NCBI GenBank assembly: GCA_964449945.1
Contig: CAYVBX010000001.1
Coordinates: forward strand, 69,985 to 127,053
Length of the DNA stretch: 57,069 bases
Direction of reading: 5' to 3'
Source: an uncultured Candidatus Peribacteria bacterium
GTDB lineage: Bacteria > Patescibacteriota > Gracilibacteria > UBA1369 > LOWO2-01-FULL-3
Numbering within the stretch: position 1 is the first letter of the stretch; every line of letters starts with the position of its first letter. Below are positions 28,658 through 38,848 of this stretch, in pieces. The translations under genes and the position numbers were made by a program. The notes beneath the pieces were generated by a model that worked only from the letters and a program-made list of their open reading frames with translations, did no database searches and was not told the origin of the DNA.

Positions 28658-29307
28658 TATCTTAAAATTGGATTTAATAATTTTATGGCACTTTCTTTTA
28701 CTGGCTCTATTGGTGGACGACCATCCATTTCTATTAAATTTTCTTTAAAAACATTTATTGCCGGAATTGTTTTTTCATTGTAAATATCAATTCTTTTTTT
28801 AATTGTTTCTGGGTTGTCATCTGATCTTGAGAAAAGTTCTCCTTTGCATTCTTGGCCGTCAATTTTTTGTTCGCAGTATTTTTTTGAATAGTCGGCTGGA
28901 TAAATTGCATTACATTTCTTACACATTTTTCGAGTTGTAAGTCTTTTCATTGCCGTTTCTTCATCAATCTCTAAATGAAAAGCAAGAAATTTTCTGTTTA
29001 ATGAACTTAGTAAGTCTTTTAGTGAATTAGCTTGCTCTATGGATCTTGGAATTCCGTCAAAGATAATGCTTTTTTCGGAGCTGTTTTTTTTAATAAAATC
29101 TTTAACAGTTTCCATTACAATTTCGTTGTCTACAAGATTTCCACTTTCTAATATTTTTTTAATTTTATCGCCGAGAGGGGATTTTTCATTTGAAAGTTTT
29201 CGAAGAACGGCGCCCGTTTCATATGTGTTCATATTAAAATAACTTGCTAGAGCTTTTCCGAGAGTACCTTTTCCCGAGCCCTGCATTCCAAATAGAATTA
29301 AATCCAT
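28657..29307 (-). CDS. adk: adenylate kinase (Cys-containing lid)
   Basis: 216 aa. P-loop GMQGSGKGT and lid CKKCNAIY...C...C...RSDD. Confidence 0.95.
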   Translation of the reverse strand: MDLILFGMQGSGKGTLGKALASYFNMNTYETGAVLRKLSNEKSPLGDKIKKILESGNLVDNEIVMETVKDFIKKNSSEKSIIFDGIPRSIEQANSLKDLLSSLNRKFLAFHLEIDEETAMKRLTTRKMCKKCNAIYPADYSKKYCEQKIDGQECKGELFSRSDDNPETIKKRIDIYNEKTIPAINVFKENLIEMDGRPPIEPVKESAIKLLNPILR

Positions 29308-29317
29308 AGAATTATAA

Positions 29318-30616
29318 TTAGTAAAACTTTTTATAATCGTGCATTACTAGTTGGGCATTTATTTGTCTGATGAGTTCTAAGACAACACCAACTATAATAA
29401 GTAGTCCTGCTCCTGATATTAAAAGAGGAACGCTTCCAACTGCAGAAGTATCAAATACAAATTGTATTAACATTGGTGATACTCCAATAAATGCGATAAA
29501 CAAGCCTCCAAAAAATGTTAATCTTTTTGAGGTTGTGTCTAAATATTTTTCTGTTTGCTCTCCTGGTCTCATTCCCGGAACATATCCACCTCTTTTTTGG
29601 ATGTTTTCAGCAACTTGTTTTGGGTTGAAGGTAATTGCTACATAGAAATATGTAAATCCAAAAATTAATAAGAAAAAAGAAACAAGATAGGTCATTGTGT
29701 TTGGAGAAAAGATACTTGTAAGACTTTCACCAAAGGCTCTTAGCCCTTCAGATTTTGCGGCTTGCATAAATTGGCCAAGAATACCCGGAAATGTAACCAT
29801 TGCGACTGCAAAGATGATAGGTATCATTCCTACTTGATTTACTTTTATTGGTAAGTATGCTTGTTGTCCTTTTTGTGCAGATCTTCCAGCGTAGGTGAGA
29901 GGTATTCTTCTTTCTCCTTCTGTTACTAGTACAACGAAAATTAGAAGTATAACGGTAATTAAAACTGTAAAAATAAATGGAATTAGTTTTGATTCATCTT
30001 GTGATGCCAAAAATAATGTTTGGGCTAGTAATGGGGGGATAGTTGTGACAATTGATGCAAAGATTATCATTGAAATACCATTTCCAATTCCATATTCTGA
30101 TATTAGTTCGCCAAGCCATACTAAAAGTACTGTACCTGCAGTAATGGAGAGCATAATTGGAAGAACTACTGCTGGATTTCCAATTTCTGAAATAATAGGT
30201 ACTCCTTGTGCTTGATGATTTAAAATTAAGATCATTCCATAAGATTGAACAAACGCTAATGGAATTGTAAGCCATCTTGTGTATTGATTCATTTTTCTTC
30301 TTCCTTGTTCTCCTTCTTTATTTAACTCTTCAAATTTTGGAACAACTACTGTAAGAAGTTGCATAATAATTGACGCGTTGATATATGGAGATAATCCCAT
30401 TAAAATAATAGAGAAGTTTTCTGCTCCTCCTCCTGTAAGTAAACTAAATATTTGAAGTAATTCGTTTCTACTTGTTAATTGGTTTAATGCTTCAACTGAT
30501 GCTCCTGGTACTGTTATGTGAGCTAAGAACCTATAAACTACAAGTATTGCTAAAGTGAATAATATTTTATTTCTAAGCGATTTTGATGCCCAGATTTGTT
30601 TTAAATAGTTGAACAT
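29318..30616 (-). CDS. secY: preprotein translocase subunit SecY
   Basis: 432-aa 10-TM protein. LLQIFSLLTGGGAENFSIILMGLSPYINASII signature. Confidence 0.97.
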   Translation of the reverse strand: MFNYLKQIWASKSLRNKILFTLAILVVYRFLAHITVPGASVEALNQLTSRNELLQIFSLLTGGGAENFSIILMGLSPYINASIIMQLLTVVVPKFEELNKEGEQGRRKMNQYTRWLTIPLAFVQSYGMILILNHQAQGVPIISEIGNPAVVLPIMLSITAGTVLLVWLGELISEYGIGNGISMIIFASIVTTIPPLLAQTLFLASQDESKLIPFIFTVLITVILLIFVVLVTEGERRIPLTYAGRSAQKGQQAYLPIKVNQVGMIPIIFAVAMVTFPGILGQFMQAAKSEGLRAFGESLTSIFSPNTMTYLVSFFLLIFGFTYFYVAITFNPKQVAENIQKRGGYVPGMRPGEQTEKYLDTTSKRLTFFGGLFIAFIGVSPMLIQFVFDTSAVGSVPLLISGAGLLIIVGVVLELIRQINAQLVMHDYKKFY

Positions 30617-30645
30617 TTGTTATTTCTTAAATTAAAGGGCTTTGT

Positions 30646-31086
30646 TTAAGCGATTTTTATTTCGCAGTTTGCTTCTTTTAATGCTTCAAGTGCTGTTTTT
30701 GATGCTTTTTCTACTTCGATTGTAAGCTTTTTTTCTAATTTTTCTTTTCCTAGAAGTATTTTAACAGCAACAGTTTTTTTGGAAATTAATTTTTTTTCAA
30801 ATAAGCTGTCTTTGTTTACAACTGCATTATCTTCGAATTGATTTAATGCATCAGTTTTTACAACTTGATATACCAACTTGTTTGGGTTTTTAAATCCTTT
30901 AAGTTTTGGCATTTTTCTTAAGTATGGTGTTTGTCCACCTTCAAAATTTGGTCTTCTGCTTCCTCCTGTTCTTTGGCCTTGTCCTTTATTTCCTCTACCG
31001 CAAGTTGATCCTTGTCCGGCTGAATTTCCTCTTCCAACTCTTTTTCTTTTTTTAGGTGAATTGCTTCTTAGTTCTAATAATGTCAT
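30646..31086 (-). CDS. rplO: 50S ribosomal protein L15
   Basis: 146 aa. [27 protein letters not shown]. Confidence 0.97.
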   Translation of the reverse strand: MTLLELRSNSPKKRKRVGRGNSAGQGSTCGRGNKGQGQRTGGSRRPNFEGGQTPYLRKMPKLKGFKNPNKLVYQVVKTDALNQFEDNAVVNKDSLFEKKLISKKTVAVKILLGKEKLEKKLTIEVEKASKTALEALKEANCEIKIA

Positions 31087-31100
31087 TTTATGTAGTTTTA

Positions 31101-31784
31101 TTATTTACTTTGTTCTTTTTTTGCTACTGGTTTTGCTACTGGTTTTTTTGCTTCAACTTTTACTGGAGTTTTTGTAGCTTTATTTACTTGTTTTGTAAGT
31201 GTTTTTTTAACATTTGCTTTTTGAGCAGTCTCTTTTCTAACAAGATTTTGCTTGTTTTGATTTGCAATTTGTTGACTTGCTTTTTCCTTTTGTTTTTTTA
31301 GCATTATTGGTGTTGCTTTCAAAAGTTTAAAACATTCAAATGTTGCTTTTGTTACATTTACTTTGTTTGATGTTCCAAAAGATTTACATAACAAATCCTT
31401 TAAGCCTGCAAGTTCCGCAATTTTTCTTGTTGGTCCTCCTGCAATAATACCTGTACCTGGTCCTGCTGGCATCATAAGTAGCTTTGCAGCTTTAAACTTA
31501 GTCTTTGTCATGTGTGGAATCGTAGTATTATCAATAGGAATTTCTATAAGTGATTTTTTTGCTTGATCGATAGCTTTTTTTATTGCTCCTGTAACTTCAT
31601 TTGATTTTCCAAGTCCATATCCCACTTTTCCTTTTCTGTTTCCAATAATTACTGTTGCTCTAAAACGAAGTTTTCTTCCTCCTTTTACAACTCTTGTAAC
31701 TCGATCTATTTGAATTACTTCTTCAGCAAATTCTTTTGGATCTCTTCTTTGATTGTTTGATTTTTTATGTGCTCCTTTTGACAT
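31101..31784 (-). CDS. rpsE: 30S ribosomal protein S5 with about 65-aa K/A/P/V-rich C-terminal tail
   Basis: 227 aa. [39 protein letters not shown] core, plus the tail ...[23 protein letters not shown]. Confidence 0.97.
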   Translation of the reverse strand: MSKGAHKKSNNQRRDPKEFAEEVIQIDRVTRVVKGGRKLRFRATVIIGNRKGKVGYGLGKSNEVTGAIKKAIDQAKKSLIEIPIDNTTIPHMTKTKFKAAKLLMMPAGPGTGIIAGGPTRKIAELAGLKDLLCKSFGTSNKVNVTKATFECFKLLKATPIMLKKQKEKASQQIANQNKQNLVRKETAQKANVKKTLTKQVNKATKTPVKVEAKKPVAKPVAKKEQSK

Positions 31785-31798
31785 AATTTTTTAATAGG

Positions 31799-32149
31799 TT
31801 AGAATTTTAAACCGGCTTCTCTAGCAGATTCTGCGAGTGCTTTTACTCTGCCATGATATTTGTATCCGCTTCTATCAAATGCAACAGATTCGATTTTGTT
31901 GGCAATTGCTTTTTCTGCAAGTTCTTTTCCAACTATTTTTGCCATTTCAACTTTTGTGCCAGATTTTTTTAATTTTAAATCTGAGTGTTGGATGATGGTT
32001 TTTCTTTCTGTATCATCTATGATTTGAGCGTAAATGTGATCTAGACTTCTATAAATAACTAATCTAGGTTTTAGTACTTTAGAATGTAAAATTCTTTTTC
32101 GAATTTTTAGGTGTCTTTTTTGTCTTTTAGTTTGTTTCTCGTTTGACAT
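31799..32149 (-). CDS. rplR: 50S ribosomal protein L18
   Basis: 116 aa. RLVIYRSLDHIYAQIIDD and C-terminal GYKYHGRVKALAESAREAGLKF. Confidence 0.97.
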   Translation of the reverse strand: MSNEKQTKRQKRHLKIRKRILHSKVLKPRLVIYRSLDHIYAQIIDDTERKTIIQHSDLKLKKSGTKVEMAKIVGKELAEKAIANKIESVAFDRSGYKYHGRVKALAESAREAGLKF

Positions 32150-32175
32150 TATTCTTTGTGATTTAAAATATTATT

Positions 32176-32724
32176 TTATGCAGATCCAGCTGCTTTACCA
32201 GCTTTTCTTCTTATATATTCATTTTCATACTTAATTCCTTTTCCTTTGTATGGTTCTGGTTTTTTAAGTTCTCTTATATTTGCTGAAACTTTTCCAACAA
32301 GTTCTTTATCTATTCCAATTACTGTAAACTTGTTTTTATTTTGTTCATCAATTTTTATTTCAATTCCTTCTGGAATCTTGAAAGGCACTTCATGTGAAAA
32401 ACCTAAATTAAAAATTGCATTTTTTCCTGATACTTTTACTTTAAAACCAACTCCAACAATTTCAAGTGTTTTTGAAAATCCTTTTGTAACTCCTTCTACC
32501 ATATTGTTTACTAAGGTTCGGCTTAAACCGTATAGAGATCTTGTTAGTTTTAGTTCATTAGTTTTTCTTAGTTTGATTACTGAATCTTCCATTTCAACTG
32601 TAATTGCTGGATTAACTTGAAAACTTAAAGTTCCTTTTGGTCCTTTTACAGTAACTAAGTTGTCTTTTATTTGAACTTCAACTCCGTTTGGTACTTTTAT
32701 TGGTTGTTTTCCTATTCTCGACAT
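32176..32724 (-). CDS. rplF: 50S ribosomal protein L6
   Basis: 182 aa. MSRIGKQPIKVPNGVEV start. Confidence 0.97.
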   Translation of the reverse strand: MSRIGKQPIKVPNGVEVQIKDNLVTVKGPKGTLSFQVNPAITVEMEDSVIKLRKTNELKLTRSLYGLSRTLVNNMVEGVTKGFSKTLEIVGVGFKVKVSGKNAIFNLGFSHEVPFKIPEGIEIKIDEQNKNKFTVIGIDKELVGKVSANIRELKKPEPYKGKGIKYENEYIRRKAGKAAGSA

Positions 32725-32744
32725 TTAATTTAGCAGGTTAATTG

Positions 32745-33131
32745 TTATAGTATTTCGCATAAAACTTCGCCTCCAAGGTTTTGTCTTTTAGCATCGATAT
32801 TAGACATTACCCCTTTGGATGTTGATAAAATTTGAATTCCAAGTCCACTTTTAATTCTTTTTATTTCTTCAGCTTTTTTATAAATTCTTTGTCCTGGTCT
32901 TGATACTCTTTTTAGTTCTACTCCTTTTCTGTCTTCAGAAAGTGTAATTGCTAGCTCTTTTTCGGAAACTTTTTCTCCTTCAGTCTTGTAATCATTTATA
33001 AATCTATATTTTTTCATAACTTGTAGAACATCTTCTTTGATTTTTGAGTAGGGAAGAGATATGTCCATTTTGTTTGCTTTTTGTGCGTTTCTTATTCTTG
33101 TTAATAAGTCTGCTATTGGATCTGTGTACAT
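32745..33131 (-). CDS. rpsH: 30S ribosomal protein S8
   Basis: 128 aa. DPIADLLTRIRNAQ start and GGEVLCEI end. Confidence 0.97.
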   Translation of the reverse strand: MYTDPIADLLTRIRNAQKANKMDISLPYSKIKEDVLQVMKKYRFINDYKTEGEKVSEKELAITLSEDRKGVELKRVSRPGQRIYKKAEEIKRIKSGLGIQILSTSKGVMSNIDAKRQNLGGEVLCEIL

Positions 33132-33148
33132 AATTTATTATTGTTATT

Positions 33149-33373
33149 TTACCAAGATGATTTTTTGACTCCCATGATTTTACCTTGATTTGCTAGATTT
33201 CTAAAACAAATTCTGCAAATTTGAAATTTTCTCATGTATCCACCTTTTTTACCGCATAGTTTGCATCTGTGATGGACTCTTGTCATAAATTTTGGCTTTC
33301 TGCCCTCTGATATGGCTTTAACCAATTTTTCTTTTTTTCTTTCGTCTTTGATTTCAATTGCTAATCGTGCCAT
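33149..33373 (-). CDS. rpsN: 30S ribosomal protein S14 (zinc-binding, short form)
   Basis: 74 aa. [22 protein letters not shown] (CxxC...CxxC) and the ending GVKKSSW. Confidence 0.95.
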   Translation of the reverse strand: MARLAIEIKDERKKEKLVKAISEGRKPKFMTRVHHRCKLCGKKGGYMRKFQICRICFRNLANQGKIMGVKKSSW

Positions 33374-33385
33374 TTAAAATGTGTG

Positions 33386-33967
33386 TTAATTTTTTTTGAA
33401 TGGAAAACCAAATGCTTCGAGTAATTTTAATGCTTTTGCATCATCTTTTGCATTTGTACATATATTTATTTGTAATCCATGAATTTTTAAAACATCGTCA
33501 GGTTTTATTTCTGGAAAAGCTAGGTGTTCTTTAAATCCAAGTGAATAATTTCCTTTTCCATCAAATGATTTTTTTGATACTCCTCTAAAGTCTCTTACAC
33601 GAGGTAAAACTATGTTTATGAGTTTGTTTAAAAAGTCATACATTTTTTCTCCTCTAATTGTAGCGGTAACGCCAACTGGTTCTTTTTCGCGAATTTTAAA
33701 ATTTGATATAGCTTTTTTAGACATAGAAACTACTGCTTTTTGTCCTGCAATATTTGTTAGATTTTCAACAATGTGTGAAAAATCTTTGTTTCCTTGTTTT
33801 TTTGTATATGTTCCAATTCCAATATTAAATGTAATCTTTGTGATTTTTGGAAGGGCCATAACATTTTTAATGCCAAGTTCTTTTTGAAGATTTGGTATTA
33901 TTTTTTCTTTATAAAGATCGTATAAATGTAAATCTTTACTTGAATTTGTTTTGCTTGCTTTTGCCAT
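33386..33967 (-). CDS. rplE: 50S ribosomal protein L5
   Basis: 193 aa. ALPKITKITFNIGIG and NYSLGFKEHLAFPEI motifs. Confidence 0.97.
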   Translation of the reverse strand: MAKASKTNSSKDLHLYDLYKEKIIPNLQKELGIKNVMALPKITKITFNIGIGTYTKKQGNKDFSHIVENLTNIAGQKAVVSMSKKAISNFKIREKEPVGVTATIRGEKMYDFLNKLINIVLPRVRDFRGVSKKSFDGKGNYSLGFKEHLAFPEIKPDDVLKIHGLQINICTNAKDDAKALKLLEAFGFPFKKN

Positions 33968-33983
33968 ATATATTTGTGTTCGA

Positions 33984-34304
33984 TTAATTCTTGTTATTTA
34001 CGATTTGTTCTTTGCATTTTTTACATTTTCTTGCTGATTTTCCATCTTTGTTTTTTTCATAAGCTACTCTTGTAGCTTTTTGACAATTTGGGCAAATCAA
34101 CATTGCGTTTGATGCATCAATACTGGCTTCATATTTTACTATTTCTCCAGCTTGAGATTGTGATTTTTTAATGTGTTTGGTTCTTATGTTTACTTTTTCG
34201 ACAACAATTTTTGATGATTTTGGAAAAGCTTTAATTACTTTTCCTTTTTTTCCTTTATCTTTGCCTGTAATGATTTGAACCGTATCGTTTGTTAATATTT
34301 TCAT
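33984..34304 (-). CDS. rplX: 50S ribosomal protein L24 (with CxxC...CxxC pairs in the C-terminal part)
   Basis: 106 aa. KOW motif DTVQIITGKDKGKKGKV. CPNCQK...CKKCKE in the C-terminal hairpin. Confidence 0.95.
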   Translation of the reverse strand: MKILTNDTVQIITGKDKGKKGKVIKAFPKSSKIVVEKVNIRTKHIKKSQSQAGEIVKYEASIDASNAMLICPNCQKATRVAYEKNKDGKSARKCKKCKEQIVNNKN

Positions 34305-34306
34305 GT

Positions 34307-34675
34307 TTATAGTACTTCAGGTGCTAATGATATAATTTTTTGAAAGCCTTTTTCTCGAAGTTCTCTTGCAATTGGACCAAAGACACGAGTTCCTTTTGGC
34401 TGATTGTCTTTGTCTACGATTACTGCTGCATTTTCGTCAAATCTAATAAGTGAACCATCTTTTCTTGAATATTCTTTTACTTGTCTTACAATTACTGCTT
34501 TGACAACTTGTTTTTTCTTAACCATACCGCGTGGAGAAGCTTCTTTTACAGATGCAACCACAATATCTCCCAAGTATGCGTATCTTCGACGAGTGCCTCC
34601 GAGTACTTTTATACATTCAAGCCATTTTGCTCCTGTATTGTCGGCTACTTTTAACCAAGTTTCCTGTTGAATCAT
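34307..34675 (-). CDS. rplN: 50S ribosomal protein L14
   Basis: 122 aa. [17 protein letters not shown] start. Confidence 0.97.
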   Translation of the reverse strand: MIQQETWLKVADNTGAKWLECIKVLGGTRRRYAYLGDIVVASVKEASPRGMVKKKQVVKAVIVRQVKEYSRKDGSLIRFDENAAVIVDKDNQPKGTRVFGPIARELREKGFQKIISLAPEVL

Positions 34676-34682
34676 ATTAGTG

Positions 34683-34919
34683 TTATTTAATTTCCGGTTT
34701 TACAATTGTCCATTTTTTAGTTTTTGAGATAGGACTTGTCTCATAGATTGTTACTGTTTCTCCAATTTCAAATTCTTTATTTTCTGGATTATCAACATTA
34801 TATTTTTTTGATAATCTGTATTTCTTTAGATATTTTGGATGATTAACATACCTGTGAACTGTAACTGTAATTGTTTTTTCTCTTTTTGTAGAGGTGATTT
34901 CACCTTTTAGTTCTCTCAT
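34683..34919 (-). CDS. rpsQ: 30S ribosomal protein S17
   Basis: 78 aa. [20 protein letters not shown] core. Confidence 0.95.
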   Translation of the reverse strand: MRELKGEITSTKREKTITVTVHRYVNHPKYLKKYRLSKKYNVDNPENKEFEIGETVTIYETSPISKTKKWTIVKPEIK

Positions 34920-34927
34920 TATTGTGA

Positions 34928-35143
34928 TTATTTAGTGTTATTTTCAGTTGATTTGTTTTTCTCTTCTTTTAAAACTGTTTTAATTCTTGCAATTTCAGTT
35001 TTAAGTAGTTTGATTTTATGGCTATCTTTTGTTTGGCCACTTTTTACTTCAAATCTTTTTGCAAATAATTTTTTCGATAATACTTTTAAATCTTCCATTA
35101 GTTTTGATGCTTCTGTTTTTCTTATTTCTTCAAGTGTTTTCAT
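34928..35143 (-). CDS. rpmC: 50S ribosomal protein L29
   Basis: 71-aa helical hairpin, located between rplP and rpsQ. Confidence 0.9.
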   Translation of the reverse strand: MKTLEEIRKTEASKLMEDLKVLSKKLFAKRFEVKSGQTKDSHKIKLLKTEIARIKTVLKEEKNKSTENNTK

Positions 35144-35152
35144 AGTGTTGGA

Positions 35153-35569
35153 TTATTCTTCAGTGTTAATAAATTTTGTTTTAACTGGAAGTTTGTCTCC
35201 AGCTCTTCTCATTGCTTCTTTTGCTTGTTGAGGATCTATTCCAGACATTTCAAATAAAACTCTTCCTGCTTTCACAACTGCAACGAATAATTCGGGAGCA
35301 CCTTTTCCAGATCCCATCGGTACTTCTGATGATTTTTTTGTAAGGATTTTATCTGGAAAAATTGTTATCCAAATTTTTCCTCCTCTTTTTGTGTATCTTG
35401 TCATAGCTCTTCTGGCGGCCTCTATTTGTCGTGATGTAATTTCACCACCTTCCATAGCTTTAAGTCCATAAGTTCCAAATGAAACTTTGTTTCCGCGATA
35501 GGCGAGGCCCTTATCACATCCTCTATCTCTATGTACTTTTCGAAACTTTGTTTTTTTAGGTTGAAGCAT
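35153..35569 (-). CDS. rplP: 50S ribosomal protein L16
   Basis: 138 aa. [16 protein letters not shown] start. Confidence 0.97.
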   Translation of the reverse strand: MLQPKKTKFRKVHRDRGCDKGLAYRGNKVSFGTYGLKAMEGGEITSRQIEAARRAMTRYTKRGGKIWITIFPDKILTKKSSEVPMGSGKGAPELFVAVVKAGRVLFEMSGIDPQQAKEAMRRAGDKLPVKTKFINTEE

Positions 35570-35574
35570 ATTTT

Positions 35575-36252
35575 TTACTGTTTAATTTCTTCGATATGTT
35601 GTTTTAGACGAATCTCTAAGTCTTTTTTGAATATGTCTCCACGATAAATCCATACTTTTATTCCGATTTTACCGTAGCTCATAAGTGCATATGTTGATGA
35701 GTAATCTATGTCAGCTCTGAATGTCTGTAAAGGGATTTTTCCTTTTGAAAAAAATTCACTTCTTGAAATTTCTACTCCATTTAGTCTTCCTCCTACATAT
35801 ATTTTACATCCAAGTGCTCCGGATTCTATTACTTTTTCAAGTGCTAATTTTGCGGCTCTTCTATATGATATTCTTTTTTCAATTTGTAATTTAATAAGTT
35901 CTCCAACAACTCCAGCATCAAGCATTGGTTTCTTGATTTCTTTGATGTTTATTGTAAACACTTCATTATACTTTTTCTTTAGGCTGTCTTTTAGTTTTTC
36001 AATTGTTTCACCGCCTCTTCCAATAATAAGTCCTGGTTTTGCAGTGTGTATATCTACAATGATTTTTCCTTGAGTTCTTAAAATTTCTATTGTTGATATT
36101 CCTTCGGCGTTTAACTCTTTTCTAATTGTTTTTTCAAGATCTAAGTCGAGAAGGAATAAATCTGCAAATTTGTTTTTTGGTGCAAACCATTTGGATGTCC
36201 AGTCTCTTGTTATGCCTAGTCTTATTCCTATTGGATTAACTTTTTGTCCCAT
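35575..36252 (-). CDS. rpsC: 30S ribosomal protein S3
   Basis: 225 aa. [18 protein letters not shown] start and KH domain. Confidence 0.97.
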   Translation of the reverse strand: MGQKVNPIGIRLGITRDWTSKWFAPKNKFADLFLLDLDLEKTIRKELNAEGISTIEILRTQGKIIVDIHTAKPGLIIGRGGETIEKLKDSLKKKYNEVFTINIKEIKKPMLDAGVVGELIKLQIEKRISYRRAAKLALEKVIESGALGCKIYVGGRLNGVEISRSEFFSKGKIPLQTFRADIDYSSTYALMSYGKIGIKVWIYRGDIFKKDLEIRLKQHIEEIKQ

Positions 36253-36260
36253 AATTAAGT

Positions 36261-36716
36261 TTATTTAGATTTAGTTGTTTTTTTCTCAGTTTTTAGTTCT
36301 TTTTTTACTGTTTTTTTCTCGGCTGTTTTAACTTTTGCTTCTGATTTTTTTTCTACTTTTGCGTCTTTTTCTACATTTGCTTCAGCTTCTTCGTTGCTTG
36401 AGAGAGTAATTGATATATGAGATGATCTTTTTAAAATTGGGTGAACTCTTCCTCTTGAAATTGGTACAGATCTTTTATATGTAGTGCCCTCTGAAACAAG
36501 AACTTCTTTTACATAAAGTTTTTCTTTTGATTGCTTGAAATTGTTCTCTGCGTTTGAGATTGCGCTTTCAAGTAATTTTTTAAGAACTGGAGCCGATTTT
36601 TTGTTTGTGAATGTTAGAATGTCTAATGCTTCTGATACTGGTTTTTTTCTAATTAAACAAGCAACAAGATTAACTTTTTTTGGCGATGTTCTATATTGTC
36701 TTAGTTTTGCTATCAT
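36261..36716 (-). CDS. rplV: 50S ribosomal protein L22 with about 45-aa K/E-rich C-terminal tail
   Basis: 151 aa. L22 core (RQYRTSPKKVNLVACLIRKK...) plus the tail EEAEANVEKDAKVEKKSEAKVKTAEKKTVKKELKTEKKTTKSK. Confidence 0.95.
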   Translation of the reverse strand: MIAKLRQYRTSPKKVNLVACLIRKKPVSEALDILTFTNKKSAPVLKKLLESAISNAENNFKQSKEKLYVKEVLVSEGTTYKRSVPISRGRVHPILKRSSHISITLSSNEEAEANVEKDAKVEKKSEAKVKTAEKKTVKKELKTEKKTTKSK

Positions 36717-36730
36717 GTTTATTTAATGGT

Positions 36731-37009
36731 TTAAGATTGTGCTTTTGCTAGTTTTCCTCCATGACCCTTGAATTTTTTAGTAGGGGAGAACTCTCCTAAT
36801 TTGTGACCAACCATATTCTCTGAAACGAATACTGGAATAAATTGATGTCCGTTGTGTACTGCGAATGTGTGTCCTACAAACTCTGGTGTGATTGTTGATC
36901 TTCTTGACCAAGTTTTTATGGGTTTTTTGCTACCAGTTGATTCAAGTATCTCAACTTTTTTTAGCAATTTTGCTTCTATGAATGGTCCTTTTTTTGAACT
37001 TCTGGCCAT
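36731..37009 (-). CDS. rpsS: 30S ribosomal protein S19
   Basis: 92 aa. [19 protein letters not shown] and [15 protein letters not shown]. Confidence 0.97.
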   Translation of the reverse strand: MARSSKKGPFIEAKLLKKVEILESTGSKKPIKTWSRRSTITPEFVGHTFAVHNGHQFIPVFVSENMVGHKLGEFSPTKKFKGHGGKLAKAQS

Positions 37010-37028
37010 ATTGATTAAGTATTAGTTA

Positions 37029-37865
37029 TTATTTTTTTCTTCTTCGATCTTTAACGATCATTTTATTAGTATAATGTCTTTTTCTTGTTTTAAATCCAAG
37101 AGCTGGCATTCCCCAAGGAGTTTTTGGATGTTTTAATCCAATTGGTGTTCTTCCTTCTCCTCCTCCATGTGGATGGTCTACTGGGTTCATTGCAGATCCT
37201 CTTACTGTTGGGCGAATTCCCATGTGTCTTTTTCTTCCTGCTTTTCCAATTTTAACATTTTGATGATCTAAGTTTGATACAGTGCCAATAGATGCAAAAC
37301 ATTCTTTGTCGACTAGTCGAATTTCTCCTGAAGGCATTTGGATTTGTGCCATTTCCCCTTCGAGCGATACTAGTTTTATGCTTGCTCCTGCTGATCTTCC
37401 AAGTTGTCCACCTTTTCCTCTGTGAAGTTCGATATTGTGTATTGAAAATCCAACTGGAATGTTTTTAATTTTAAGCCTATTTCCTTCTTTAATTTTTGCT
37501 TTATCTGCACAAAGTACTCTATCTCCGACTTTTACTTGAAGTGGAGCTAAGTGGTATCTTTTTTCTCCATCTTTGTAGTTTACAAGCATAATGTAGGCTG
37601 ATCTATTTGGATCATACTCAATACTTGCCACTCTTCCTTCAATGTTTAATTTGTCAAATTGCTTAAAATCAATAAGTCGGTATTTTTGCAGGTTTCCACC
37701 CCCTCTATGTCTTACAGTGATTCTGCCATAGGCATTTCTACCTGCATTTTTCTTTTTCCTTACAAGAAGTGATTTTTCGGGCTTTGTTCTTGTAACTTCT
37801 TCAAAAGAAGCTACACTCATATTTCTTCGTCCCGGTGTTGTTGGTTTAAACTTTTTTACTGCCAT
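37029..37865 (-). CDS. rplB: 50S ribosomal protein L2
   Basis: 278 aa. [16 protein letters not shown] and [14 protein letters not shown] motifs. Confidence 0.97.
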   Translation of the reverse strand: MAVKKFKPTTPGRRNMSVASFEEVTRTKPEKSLLVRKKKNAGRNAYGRITVRHRGGGNLQKYRLIDFKQFDKLNIEGRVASIEYDPNRSAYIMLVNYKDGEKRYHLAPLQVKVGDRVLCADKAKIKEGNRLKIKNIPVGFSIHNIELHRGKGGQLGRSAGASIKLVSLEGEMAQIQMPSGEIRLVDKECFASIGTVSNLDHQNVKIGKAGRKRHMGIRPTVRGSAMNPVDHPHGGGEGRTPIGLKHPKTPWGMPALGFKTRKRHYTNKMIVKDRRRKK

Positions 37866-37874
37866 TTTATTAGA

Positions 37875-38210
37875 TTAGTCTTTCTTAGTTTTTTTTGCTG
37901 GTTTTGTTTCAACATTCTTTTTAGCCACATTATTTGGATCAATTGTTTCTTTTCCAACTAATGTTACTTTAGCTATTTTTTGCAAATCTCTTTTTGTAAG
38001 AACTTTGCTTCTTCCTATTAGCCTTACTTTTTTTGGCTGTAAAGATGTTGTAACGCTTTTAACTTTTTTTCCGTAAATTTTCTCAATTGCACTTTTAACA
38101 TCAACTTTTGTAGACTCTCTTCTTACTATGAATGAGTACACACCTTTTGTTTGATCTATTGCGCTTTTTTCTGTTAGTAGTGGTTTTATTATTACTGTAA
38201 ATGTTTTCAT
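37875..38210 (-). CDS. rplW: 50S ribosomal protein L23
   Basis: 111 aa. IKPLLTEKS start. Located between rplD and rplB. Confidence 0.95.
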   Translation of the reverse strand: MKTFTVIIKPLLTEKSAIDQTKGVYSFIVRRESTKVDVKSAIEKIYGKKVKSVTTSLQPKKVRLIGRSKVLTKRDLQKIAKVTLVGKETIDPNNVAKKNVETKPAKKTKKD

Positions 38211-38220
38211 TGTTTTTTCA

Positions 38221-38847
38221 TTATTTTAAGAAAGTGGATTTCATTTGCTCAACTGAGTCTTTGATGAAAACTACTTTTTCGTACTTTCTCAAGTCCTCTA
38301 TGTTTATGTATCCTGCTAGAATTGTTTTTGCATTTTTAATGTTTCTTGCAGACAAGATTACGGTTTTGTCTTTGTCTGAAATTACAAAAAGTGCGTCCTT
38401 TTGTATAGGTAGTTTTTTCATCATTTCGTTGAATGATTTTGCTGATGGTTTTTCACTTTCAAATGCTTCTAAACAAAAGACTTCGTTATTTCTTGCTTTT
38501 TCAGATAATGCGCTAAACATTGCAAGTCTTCTTTGTTTTTTTGGCATCATTTTTTCAAAATTTCTATTGTTTCTTGGTCCAAAAGTGACTCCACCTCCTT
38601 TCCAGAGAGGAGACCTGATAGAACCTTGTCTTGCTCTTCCTGTGCCTTTTTGTCGGTAAGGTTTTTTTCCACCGCCTGAAACATCACCCTTTGTCTTTGT
38701 GTGTGCAATGTTGTATCTTGCGTTGGCGTGTTGTCTAACTAAAGCTTGATGAATTAAGTCTGTGTTAAGTGCGACTTCAAATATTTCTTTTGGAAGGTCG
38801 ACTTGTCCCTTGACTTCTCCTGTTTGTGTGTATAAATCTACTTTCAT
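38221..38847 (-). CDS. rplD: 50S ribosomal protein L4
   Basis: 208 aa. GGGKKPYRQKGTGRARQGSIRSPLWKGGGVTFGP. Confidence 0.97.
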   Translation of the reverse strand: MKVDLYTQTGEVKGQVDLPKEIFEVALNTDLIHQALVRQHANARYNIAHTKTKGDVSGGGKKPYRQKGTGRARQGSIRSPLWKGGGVTFGPRNNRNFEKMMPKKQRRLAMFSALSEKARNNEVFCLEAFESEKPSAKSFNEMMKKLPIQKDALFVISDKDKTVILSARNIKNAKTILAGYINIEDLRKYEKVVFIKDSVEQMKSTFLK

Positions 38848-38848
38848 T

